NCBI GenBank assembly: GCA_012295275.1
Contig: CM022669.1
Location: 12,276,001 to 12,340,000 of the forward strand
Reading direction: 5' to 3'
Source: Chrysomallon squamiferum
Lineage: Eukaryota; Animalia; Mollusca
Length of the DNA: 64,000 nucleotides
The position numbers were made by a program, and so were the translations under genes. This document shows, in pieces, positions 1 to 11,967 of the stretch; position 1 is the first letter of the stretch; the number at the start of each line of letters is the position of its first letter. The notes under the pieces were generated by a model that saw nothing but the letters and a program-made list of their open reading frames with translations, was not told where the DNA came from and made no database searches.

Positions 1-31
1 TAAATGTTGTTTTTTTTTCTTTTTCTTTAAG

Positions 32-180
32 TGATATCAGTGAGAGAGAAAGAAGCTGTTAAACTTGACCCCAGTGATGGAGAATCTTCAGGACTATCTA
101 TTCCAGACTACTCTGAGAGACGATCTCTGCCCATCTCCATACCGGACTATCAGACAGTTGGACAGGGAGAGAAATTTGTG
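32..180 (+). CDS. SNX27: SNX27 exon (PDZ-PX linker, VISVREKE...GEKFV)
   Basis: Polypyrimidine tract plus AG at 30-31; GTAAG donor at 181. Confidence 0.92.
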
Positions 181-3100
181 GTAAGATTAATTAATGATAC
201 ATGTACTGACTCAGCAGTTAATGTGATGTACAGCATATTGTATTAAAATGGGATCTAGAAGTTGATATATTTAGTATGTATGAAATTGCATTTTATAATG
301 TAAAAGTATTGTGTAATAAAAGAATTCTTGAAAACGGATAATATTGAAAACTATCTTTATTAATATATTTCTCTTATTTCTGCTCAGCTAATTTAAGTGT
401 GTTTGTGTGTGTGTGTGTGTGTGTTTGTGTGTGCATATGTTTTACTTCATATTTTATAAGCTAGAAATTTTAAGATTACATTTTAATAATTATTATTATT
501 ATTAAAATCAGTTAAATAGTAATATTGAAATAGATATAAAAAAAAAATTAACAGAAAAAGATAAGAATTTGCAGTTAATAACTATCAAAAGAAACAGATT
601 TGTTTTCTTTACTTTTTTATTTTAAACATCATTGTCTAATGATTAAAAGAAGCAAAACACATTTCATTTATTTGTTTTAAAAATTAAAACTTTCATATTT
701 TATTTTTTTGAAATGTTATTTATTATTATTTATTTTTTTTGCCTGTGTTTCATTTTGGAATTTAAATTAAAATCATGTATTTCTTTAAGCCACATTTATA
801 GTTTCAGTTGTTTGTAATATTTATGAAAGAAGTAAATAGGAAATGATAATAATGTTTTTGGGACAGTTATAAAATGTAAATATTTTATTAGACAATAATT
901 TAAGCTGTGTTTAGTGTTACTTTACTACCAATTTGTGCAAAATTGGGTAATTAATTTTGTTCTGATAAGTCACATTTTTTATATATTTTTTTATATATTT
1001 TTTTAATTATTATAAATAGAGGTCTACATGTGTCAGTATGTCAGTTAATATATTAATGATTTCCAGGAACATATCTTTGTTTTTCTAACCATTAATTTTA
1101 AATATAAAATTTGTTTCTTTAAACTTGGGAGGACAAAATATACTGTTAATTTCTTGAAATTGTACAGCATTTAAAATAAAACAGCAGTTCAAAAGCAACA
1201 GCAACCCCCCCAAAAAATAACCCTCCTTCACCAACAACAACAAAAATAATATTAAAATAAATAAAACAAATAAAAAAGTGAACATATACAACATAACAAA
1301 TTTGATAAAACAGTTTATCATGAAATTTGGCTGAAATGTATCTAAATAAAGATTTATGACAAAATACTACAAATTAAATTTAATTTACAGCTCAAGAGAA
1401 ATAGTTACAAATGATATCTTTTCAAGAATTTTAGACTAAACTGTTTTGCATATGTGAAAGAAGAACATATTTTTCATCTTTTCAATCGATGAAGTTAGAC
1501 GTAGTACAAGCTATATTTTTTCTATGTTGAAAATTTCCACCAAAGAGAAGATCCAAATTCTGCGAAATAAAATCTTGCTTAATATCAGACTAAATTATTT
1601 TGTATTAGAAATTTCAGATTTTTTTTTTGTGTTCCATTGAATAAGAATTATTGATTATTTTTCAGCATTTATTGATGCAGAATAAATGTAAAAATGTTTC
1701 TTACTTGCATATGTAATGAGAGAGTATGTTTTGGAAAATGTTGTGCCCATTTCTGATGAGTAAGAATGTTTTGGAAATTCTGGCAGGAGCTGTCATTTGA
1801 TATTAGATATACTAGCAAATGTCCCGGTTATTTAATAATTTATCTCTATTTCAAAATGAAGAAAGCATAATATCAATATCTGTATTCAGACATAATGTTG
1901 AACAACAAAAAAGAACCCCAAAACAAAAACATTTTAACAAAAAAAATTGTGTCAGTTCGTGTTGGTAATGTTGATGTTGTTATTCCCTCACCAGTTAGAA
2001 AAAAAATATCTAAAAAAAAAATTAAAGGGATGAAGAACATTTTTGATCATTTGCAGATGTTAATATTGACAAATGAGTTTGATTTATTGGCAAAGGTTAA
2101 TATTTTAAGATATTTTTCTGTGTAAAAGGATGTTTTAAGAATGTTTCATGTTCTTTTTGAAGTTTAAAATTCAGAAAGATGACTAATTGAATAGCTGAAT
2201 GTAGAAGTATTTTGATTAAGTAGATTAATTACAGCTGTGACTTCAGCTATTTTATTATAAATATCCATGGGCCTGCATAAACATACAGACAACACACATA
2301 CACAAAACATACACTGGTACATGCACACACATTTACAGACAGACACACACTTACTTTCACAAATAACATTTCACTGCATAACCAGATATTAAATTAGATA
2401 TTTGTAACAAGAATAGTTACAAAGTTTGTGTAATAAATGTTTATGATAAATTTTCATTTAATTTTTTAGAATTATTTATATGAGTGATATAATATATGCG
2501 CGCACGTGCACGCACACACACGCACACACGCACACACACACTATCTATGTGTATAGAGATATAGATACACATATACATATACATATACATACACAAATAC
2601 ACACACACACACAAACTTTTACATATTTCATAAATAATTATAGTTCATTCAAACTACAAATAAATAGGTGTGTATTCTAAACAGAAGTAAAGTAAAATAC
2701 TAATAAAAATATGAAAAGAAAGAAAGAAAAAAAAAAATTAAAGAGATAATATTAATACAAATAGTATTAAACTGTGTATACAAAACCACCTAAAAATTCA
2801 GCAGAAAGGAGACAGCTGGACAGATGGATGTTACATGTGTATTAAACCCCTATTATTTCTTACGAAGCTGCAGTTAGAATGGTGTAACTGTCAGGTAAAA
2901 TAATTGTAAGTTATGAAATTCCTATTAACATCAAACTACATTTATATGATTTGCATCGATTGTTCATAGATTGATAATCCTTTGTTAGCTGTCTTTTTAT
3001 TATGGTTATTATTATTGATTTGTTATCTATAACGTGACTGGACAACTTTAGTCTGAGCCACGCTTATAAAGCTCGAAATGTAGTGTTTCCAATAAAGGTT

Positions 3101-6100
3101 TATGTAACAAATGATGAATATAATTATTTATATGTGAAAAATATTTTCATTACTATCTTCCCTTAGAACAGTTGGTAGTAAAGAATTGTTTTTTTTTTAT
3201 AAGTAATTCTTTCAGTTTCGTGATACTGCTATTATTTCTAAAGCAGTATATACATACATATGTACACCCACATGCACAAATGTGCATACCTTACATACAG
3301 ATACTTTCACACACTTTCAAATGCCAGTATTACAGTCTGTCCATTATACAGAATTTATTACAAGTTATGAATATAATTTATCATTACATCAGATATTGAA
3401 TTACAACAATAACTGGTGTCAGTTATGTGAGATGTAATCATATATGTAGACACAAACATGTGCACACTTACATACACTCACAAGAATGCATGCATGTGTG
3501 AAAACACAACACACACACATACACTCACAATTAGTTTATGATAGTTAATTCAGCCTACAAGTATACAAACCTCATTACCAGATCAAATGATAAAAATAAT
3601 TTCTGTCAGTGGCAGAAAACAGCTGTTAACATATCAATCACCATTCAGATCTCATGAGAATTCATTTCTTGTTTTTAATTTGTTGGAATGTTAGATTAAT
3701 ACACATTTTGTTGCCTTTAGAAAAATAAATTTGTTTGGGTCAAAAACCAATATGCTTAGATTATGCCAAATTTTGAAACACACATGCATGCACGCATGCA
3801 TGCGCACATACACACACACACACTGACACACACACACACTGACACACACACTCGGACCCACATCCTCCCCTTTACATTTATACTCCAGAAATCAATGAAA
3901 AATAATTTATGATAGTGAAAAATAGAATGAATCTGTCTGTCTATCTCTTTGTTCATCTGTCCACCAATCTATTGATCTATATAAAACTAATTCTTCTCTT
4001 GTGGATTACAAAACATATATAAAAGAAAACTAAATATGTTAAATATGTAGTCTGTTTTTCATTTCTAGTACATCTTTATCATAATAGAAATCTTTAATGG
4101 ATGACTTTTAATCCACATCGGACTTTACAGACAGTAATGGATTTTAAATAACAGTTCTTTAACTTGAAGAATACCTAACAAGAATTAAGTATTTTGAAGT
4201 ATATGATTCAGTAATGCTACAATAAATAGTTTATTTTTGACAGTATTATTCAGAAAAGTAATTACTGTTTATTTTTGATCAAGTTATTTTTTCTTCATTT
4301 ATTTCACATATATACATATATTAATTTTATGTTACCTTTATTGTATGTATAACATTTTTAATAATCTGTCTGCGAGTGAACTATATTGTTCTGATATTTG
4401 GATTTTTTCTAAAATTGGTCTCCAATCAGTAATCTTTATTTTTATTACTTTGTTTTGGTTTGAATTAGCGACTTAATAAAATTTCAAAATTTCATATGGC
4501 ATTCATATCTTTTCTCTTTGTGATGTCATTCTTTTACACGCATTCGAAAATTGCAAACAGCACTGGTATCTTATTTTTGATTTGATATCAGTCTTGCCAG
4601 TCAGTAATTTATTTATTTTCACCTCATTATTGCTACCACTTCTCCTTTATCTGTTAAAACTGTCCTTCATTACAGTATGAGATCAGAAAGTAATGGACTC
4701 AAGTGAATAAATATATTTTGCCATTTTTTTCTGCTCTGACGCCAGTAGAAGACAAAATTATCCATTAACACTTGCAGAGAGTTAACTGCAACTTAGCGTG
4801 CAGTGGACAATTACCAGCAGATACTTCTCTTCCTAAGCCTTTGAGCCAAACAGGGAAGTCATTTGTATGAATAGAGCAACCAGTATGGCCAAAGCTAAGA
4901 TAACCAACGAGCAGATGGGGAATTCTCGCCACATTTTGATAAATTGGGTTATTCACGTACACCGTGGACCAAAGATCTATCATCGATGAGATCAATACAT
5001 TTTGCTGACAGTCAGAAATTGAGAGTTTAACATGTTAACAGTGCTTTGTTGGTCTCTTGATTGTAGCTTAGGTCTACAAGGTTTTCAATAATAATAAAAA
5101 AAAAAAAAAAATCTTCTTGCAATCCTTGCTAGATGGACCGGTCATTTGCTGGTGTGACTGGGTAAAATTTGTCATTGGCTGACAGTGTAGGAAGTTAACT
5201 AATTTTGTTACACGTAGATAGAATTTCGCACACAGACATAATGCCAGATTTAGGGGGTGCACTAATTTTATTTTCACTGCATTAACGGTCAGGATTGCTG
5301 AAATTGGCTGGAAATAAAAATGATTTAATGTAATCATGTTGTCCTCTTGAATTTTTTATCTTCGTGACTGCTCGAGGTTATAGAAATGTTATTTTTGTCC
5401 TCTCTGTCCACTTGTCTGTGATGCTGTCTGTTGACATTTACTTTTTTTTTTTTTCACTTACTGGGCATTTGTCTGCTCATCTGTGCCAGTTTCATTTAAA
5501 ATGTTGGACTCAACTAATACAGCAGAGATCATTACATTATAATTTTTAGTTTTTTTGTTTATTTATTTACTTGGTTTTGTAACAGTGATCTTAATTCAAG
5601 AATTAATAATGGGTATGTGTTATCCTTGTATGTTATGTTTCAACTTTTTTTATTGTTAATTTATAACTCTGTTTTAAACTGTAGATCAGTTATTTAATTT
5701 TGTTTTTGTTTTTATTTTAAATAATACACTGAAGTAATGACTATCCAGAATTTGCTGGAGTTGGCTACATCAGTTTTGTAATTTTCAATCCCATTCAATT
5801 TTGTTATTGTAGAAAACTCGAGGGAAAAACCAAAAAAAAACCCCAACAATCTTTTTTTTTCTTTCTTTTCTAATATTATTGATATTTTGCAACTTGCTTT
5901 TGACCATTATTTGAAAGAATTTTTTTTATTGTCTAAGACAGAAAATTCGAAATAGCTGCAGGAATTTTCTTTGTCTCCAGGGAAACCTGTCCTTGTTGTT
6001 CTGTCATTGTGGGTATCATGTGGTTCTGTTGCTCAGCTGCACTATTGTTGTGTTGCAGCTGAACAATGCAGTTCTGTAAAGCACACAGTTTGATACAGAT

Positions 6101-6233
6101 GAGATGTCGTCTTTAACACAACACTTTGAAATCACTCTGCAAATGGTTTTGTTGTTGGTGTGCGTGCCAAATGGCCATTTGTCTTTTGTGCATATTCAGC
6201 TGTGGTTTTGTGTGTGTATGTGAGTGTGTGTTT

Positions 6234-6277
<44 letters not shown>

Positions 6278-9198
6278 TTAGAGAGAGAGAGATACAGAAA
6301 AAGAAAGAAAGACAGAGGATAAGAGCTAGGCACCAAGAGAGAGCAAGAAATGTAAGAGTAGGAAATTTATGTTTATAGGAGAATCTACTGCTTAGTCATT
6401 GCTATTATTTCTACTTCTATAAATTTTGAGATTATTATAACACAACAAAAAAAACACAAATTACAAACCTGACATTACTACATGCACTAACATTTTGTTC
6501 TTTTTCATTGAATATTGATCAAAAGTAATCATTTTGTAACACGATACTCTTTTGATAATTCAGTTATATATAAAGATTAAGGAATTTGTTTTTTTTTTTT
6601 TTTTTTTTTTTTAATTTCAGGTATACAATATATATATGGCTGGGCGCCACCTGTGCTCTCGGAGATACCGAGAATTCAATGCCCTTCATAACAATCTGAA
6701 ACAGCAGTTTCCAGACTTTAATTTTCCAAAAATGCCAGGAAAAAAGCTTTTTCAGTTATCTGACCAGCAGCTTGATCAGAGAAGAAGAGGCTTGGAACAG
6801 TATCTTGAAAAAGGTGTTTATGTTCATCACAGTGTGATAGCACATCAGAGTATAGAGTGAAATTTGTTACAGAAAGGGTATTAAGTGCATGAGTAATTGA
6901 ATTATTGTTGTGGTATATGTGTATTAATTACTACTCACACACACATATATATAATAATTGTATAATTGTATAATTGTAATATTATAAACATGAAAACATC
7001 TTCAAATGCTAATAAACTGAAACAGAAAAAAAGTAAAGAAAAAAATAAAATGTTTAATATTGTTAATAATGTTTATTTTTTTATTACTATGTAATTTATA
7101 AACAAAGTGAAATTATTTTGTTATAGTTTAAATTTTTTTTTTTTTTTTTATAAATATATGATATGTTATAAGGTGTATGTATGTGTTCCTTTTAATGAAT
7201 ACTTTAGATAAATCTTGTTTAGTCACTGAATATGCTACTTACGCATCCTCATTGATTTAGGGAAATTAATTACGTCCATAGTTACATCTTTAGTCAGAAT
7301 TCAAACTGCATGTATAATGTCTGTTTGGGTGATTGAGTGTTTAATCAGAAAGATTTAAAAAAAAAACTTTCTCTGTTTCAGTGTGTGCTGTTCGTGTTCT
7401 TGGTGAAAGTGATATCGTACAGGAGTTTCTGTCCTCTGATGGTGAAATGGTATGTTGTTGTAGGACAATGATATCACTAATTATGACGTATCAAGTGTCG
7501 GCTAAAACCCACTGACTGTACTTAGACAGTGAAAGATTATTAAGAATCTGCTGTTTGTGTTCATAATGACTTATAAATTTGATCTGTTGACATTCCTGTT
7601 GTAGGAGTTAACGCTAAAATAGCTGTCTCGATTAATTACGGATCGTAATGGTGATAGATGTAAAATTCTTAACATCATTCGTAGTAAATGAGTAGTATTT
7701 TTTATTATGAATTTTTTAATTTTTGTTTATTATTATTGTTTTTTAATGATAAGTGTTATAAAATAAATAAAGAAAAAAGAAAAATGACACCCTTCCCGAA
7801 ACAATTACAGTGAAAATAATAAATAAATAAATAAATAACCAGTCTAATGAATACCTCCCATACATCAGTTAATAAATTATATAAAAATTAAATCAGTTTG
7901 CATCAGATAGTAACTTAGATTTGATTACTTTAATGTTAGTGATAACTGAGCTGTTTAATAAATGTTAACATTCAACAGTGTATTATAGATATTTATCATT
8001 TTAACGTTTTAGAATGGAACCTCAGAGGTCGAGTTGAAAGTCTTGTTACCTGACAGAACAATATGTACAGTGTCCATTTACAGAAGTGATAATACTGATG
8101 AGGTTTATCAGGTATAATATATCTCTGTCTGTTTGAGAGTCGCACGTTATTTAGTTTCATGACGATAAATGTGTTTTCTGTCTGTTGATTAAGGAAAGTT
8201 TATTATCTGCATGTAATTTAACATAATATCTTGCTGTTGGTTTGAATAGCAGTTACTTATTTAATGCAATTTTCTACTTGGTTTTATATATATATATAGT
8301 ATTACACACATACACACACACATATATATGCATATATATATATACACACACACCACACACACACACACTTAACATATATATATGTTTATTAGTTAAATAT
8401 ATTACCTTTAAAACATTTTCTAAGCTGCCATATTATAAATTTTATTTAGTTTACTATATATTTTAAATATGTTCTGTAAATTAAATTAATATTCAGGCTT
8501 CATATATGAAATAAATCATCAACACATTCTATTTGTTTTGTTGCAGGCTGTTGTGAATAAGCTGAACATGGGTGACAATGTTGCATCCTGTTTTTACTTA
8601 TTTGAAACAGTTGAATATAACTTTGGTAAGTGTAATGAAATTATGTACAATTAGAAAAAAGTATGATTGATGTGTGAAAAGAATTTTAAATATTTGAAAA
8701 GTATGTTAAGAAATGACACTCCAATTCAAAAGACCCTTGTAATTTAAAAAAATGTTTCTGAAAACCAAAATACGTTACATAAGATACTTAAAAAATAATA
8801 ATAATAAAAAAATAATATTAACTATATTAATAACAACAAAATAAGTTATATATATTTCTTGAATAACTGTAGTGATTTCTGTAGTGACTTTACCTGTACC
8901 TTTAGAGATCCTGTTAGTAGTCACAACAGTTTGAGTTATAAGAGAATGTTTGACGATGTATCTTATGATTTTATCAGTCCGGATATTAGCAAGCAGTATA
9001 TGTAAAATGATGGAGTACCCATGTTCCTTCACCATGAGCATGAAAATTATTAACCTGCCTTTGCAGACGACTCTAATAATAGACATGTAGTATATGACAT
9101 AATGTGACATTGGAAATAGGGTGGCTTATATATTCTTAATGAGTCAAGAATGTTTTGTGTTTTTTTTTTTGTTTTTTTTGTACTGTTTATTTATTGAA

Positions 9199-9230
<32 letters not shown>

Positions 9231-11517
9231 TAATTCTGCTTCTGACAACTTTATGATTACGTTTGCAGAAAGACGTCTCCAGCCACATGAACTTCCACAC
9301 AACATCTACATCCAGAACTACAGCACTGCCACTGCAACGTGCATTGTTTTGAAAAAGTGGCTTTTCTCACTGTCCAGAGAAATGATGCTGAACTCAGATG
9401 AGAGAGCGGTCAGCTTTCTCTACTGGCAGGTCGGTTATTTTTAATTTTATTTACTTTACACCGACTGCTCTGTGCCCTAACAAAGTGCAGCTGGTCACAG
9501 TATCACTCCCCTTTCATGTGCATCCTTTTGATGTGTTTTTTTTAATCTATAAATTAAAATATTGCTTTGTACTTATTTCATTTTAATTAATTTTTTTACA
9601 TTTTTAAAACATTAAAAAACATAATTTTAGATTGTTTGTCAGTTATTACTAAGCATTATTTAAAATTGATTACAGTTAATATTTTTTTTATTTATAATTT
9701 CTATTCTTATGCTAATTGTTTTAATATATTTTTGTTCAGGCCATTGATGAAGTCAGCCGAGGTCATATCAAAACAGGAGATAAGCTCTATGAGTTAAAAG
9801 CTCTTCGAGATGCTACCAAAGAACTGGAGGTACTTAATATATAGTCATAATGTTACTGTTAGATGGTCAAGTGAAAGTATGGTATTTATGTATTATTAAT
9901 ATATTATGTAGAAATATATTAAAGCCAAAACATTATTTTCTGCTAGAAATATTCTATTTAGCTGTTGCTAAAAAGAAATCTGTTAATGTGTTAGAATGTA
10001 TTTCCACTGGCAGTTCATTTTTAATAAGTATAAATAAATTTATTGTTGTCAGACTGATTTGTACTGGCAAAATTTTTTTCTTGAATAAATAAATAATGCT
10101 TGCTATAAAGTTTATGATATGGAAATATTTCTTAGTCATTATTTCATTCTGAATGTCATTATTTAACAAGATCTTTGATTGCAATGTATAAATATGTGAT
10201 TTGCTCTAGATGTTATTTAATAATTATGTAAAAAATGTGTTATTGTAAAATTATCGTTCTTACTAGAGATAATTTAATAACTGCTTATTACTTGTGATAT
10301 GCAACAAGTAAAAAACACAGATAAACAAACCTCAATATATAAAGCATCAACATTAATTTCAATTTACAGAAATGTATTTCTGATTTGGACACATTTAATA
10401 ATATATATTTTATTCTAAATATCTTTCTTTTTTTAAACTGGATGATTGGGTAATTTGTTTCAGTATTTAAAAATTGTACGTCACTTGGATGGCTATGGAG
10501 AAGTAACATTCCCACACTGCCCCTGTGACTCTAGAAAAGATGGTCATGTGATAGCAGTGGTGGGCATCGAGTGTTTTAAACTTCAGGCTTGCAGAGAGGA
10601 TGGCACCCCGGAGGTAGACTTTTATTGTTATATCCTTTATCTTTATAACTGTGTGCTTTTCAGTTATAATCATGCACGTTGTTAATACTGATTATTAGTT
10701 TCATTTAAGTTTTGCAGTACATGAAAAAGAGAGGGGAAAAAAAGGAAAAGAAAAAAGAAAGACCTTTTTCATTTTTTAGTGTAGTGTCTTAGTAAATTCT
10801 GTGTTGATAATTTTGATAAAATTTTTGCTGAAGTTTTGTTTAGATGATTTAGACAACCTTTTCACAGAATTTTGTACAGAGAAGTTTGATAATGTTTTGA
10901 ATTGATGTACGTTTGAAGAAGAAATTCATTCTAATAAGATATTACATACATACATGTGTGTGTGTGTATGTGTGTGTGTGTGTATGTGTGTGTGTGTATA
11001 AAACAAGAAAATTTTATTTGTGCTATATAGGAGTAAAATATGACAGTTTTTGTTTGTTTTAGTCTCAAGTAATAGAATTTTCTTGGAAAGATGTGCAGTC
11101 ATTCGAGGTGGATGAAGAGGCAATGGCTTTCAACTTTGAATACAACAGACAGGGAAAGAAACCTAGAGTTGTCAAAATATATACACAATATGTAAGTAAA
11201 CTGTTAGTATTTTGAATAGTAAAATCAATTTAATACATATTATTAAATATTTTAAATTATTTTCTCACCATCTTTGATGAATAGAAACTAAAAATAGATT
11301 ACAGACATTTCAAATCCAGAATAATTCATTATTTTATATGTGTGTGTGTGGGTGGATGGGTATATTTGAATTTTTTAAATTTAGTTCTTGAATAATAACT
11401 ACAGAATGAAAATGTAATTAAAAATGTATTTCGTGTTTTTTTTCTTCTTTTTTTCAGTATCATTTCATGTATGATTGCTTTGAGAAAGTATCAGAAGAGT
11501 TAGAATGGGACAAATAG
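32..11517 (+). CDS. SNX27: Sorting nexin-27, 5'-partial gene model: join(32..180,6621..6813,7382..7449,8013..8111,8547..8625,9269..9429,9740..9829,10464..10613,11063..11191,11458..11517)
   Basis: All introns are GT-AG and phases join into one open frame (1178 nt plus 1 nt from an upstream exon). The translation is colinear with SNX27: linker LDPSD...PISIPDY, PX domain [19 protein letters not shown]...[22 protein letters not shown]-like [47 protein letters not shown] exons are outside the window. Confidence 0.96.
6621..6813 (+). CDS. SNX27: SNX27 exon (PX domain)
   Basis: TTTCAG acceptor; [19 protein letters not shown]...EQYLEK; GT at 6814. Confidence 0.96.
7382..7449 (+). CDS. SNX27: SNX27 exon (end of [25 protein letters not shown])
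   Basis: TTTCAG acceptor, GTATG donor, phase-compatible. Confidence 0.93.
8013..8111 (+). CDS. SNX27: SNX27 exon (FERM F1/[18 protein letters not shown]...DEVYQ)
   Basis: TTTTAG acceptor, CAG|GTATAA donor, 99 nt. Confidence 0.93.
8547..8625 (+). CDS. SNX27: SNX27 exon ([26 protein letters not shown])
   Basis: TTGCAG acceptor, G|GTAAGT donor. Confidence 0.92.
9269..9429 (+). CDS. SNX27: SNX27 exon ([19 protein letters not shown]...FLYWQ)
   Basis: TTGCAG acceptor, CAG|GTCGGT donor. Confidence 0.95.
9740..9829 (+). CDS. SNX27: SNX27 exon ([30 protein letters not shown])
   Basis: TTCAG acceptor, GAG|GTACTT donor, 90 nt. Confidence 0.93.
10464..10613 (+). CDS. SNX27: SNX27 exon (FERM F3, [25 protein letters not shown]...GTPE)
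   Basis: TTTCAG acceptor, GAG|GTAGAC donor, 150 nt. Confidence 0.95.
11063..11191 (+). CDS. SNX27: SNX27 exon ([27 protein letters not shown]...IYTQY)
   Basis: TTTTAG acceptor, GTAAGT donor, 129 nt. Confidence 0.95.
11458..11517 (+). CDS. SNX27: SNX27 last coding exon ([19 protein letters not shown])
   Basis: Long polypyrimidine tract plus CAG; matches the C-terminal helix of SNX27; TAG at 11515-11517. Confidence 0.93.
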   Translation, partial: YHFMYDCFEKVSEELEWDK

Positions 11518-11937
11518 CATAGGTGAGACATTTTATTGATTTTTATGTTTATGAAATAATTGTTGTCTAAAGCTTTTTGCTTGTGACATATATTTTTAAA
11601 AATCATTTATCAGTGTGTATTTTGTTATCTTGGCTTTTGTCCATTTTCTATTCATATATATATTTATATATTGAAATATCAGCCAATACACAAAAAATCT
11701 ATCATCTTCATTTATATTAGGAGATTTATTTTTCAGTGAAGCATACTATACATCACATTAATTAAATAATGTTTTAAAAGTTTTCATAAAAATCAGAGAA
11801 ACCAATATTTAAAAATCAAGAATGTAATGAGTTTTGGCAGCTTTTGATTATTTCTTGTGTGTGTGTGCATGTCAATTGATTCTGGAGATGTGCTAATAAA
11901 TATTTATTACAACTTTTTATCACTGTTTTATTTTCAG

Positions 11938-11967
11938 AAGTTACATTTGCATGGTGTGCCAATAAGA
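11938..11967 (+). other. Candidate 30-nt SNX27 micro-exon (3' UTR or alternative C-terminus)
   Basis: Branch-like TGCTAAT at 11891, TTTTCAG acceptor at 11931-11937, consensus GTGAGT donor at 11968; upstream donor AG|GTGAGA at 11523. Confidence 0.55.

Noticed and set aside
3045-3098. Hammerhead-ribozyme-like string CTGAGCCAC-GCTTATAAAGC-TCGAAA...AATAAAG
   Set aside because: The core is CTGAGCC rather than CUGANGA, and stems I and III do not close in register; at most a dead relic.
7605-7622. Possible poison exon after TTCCTGTTGTAG reading ELTLK-stop
   Set aside because: No convincing donor; acceptor-like strings are common in this DNA.
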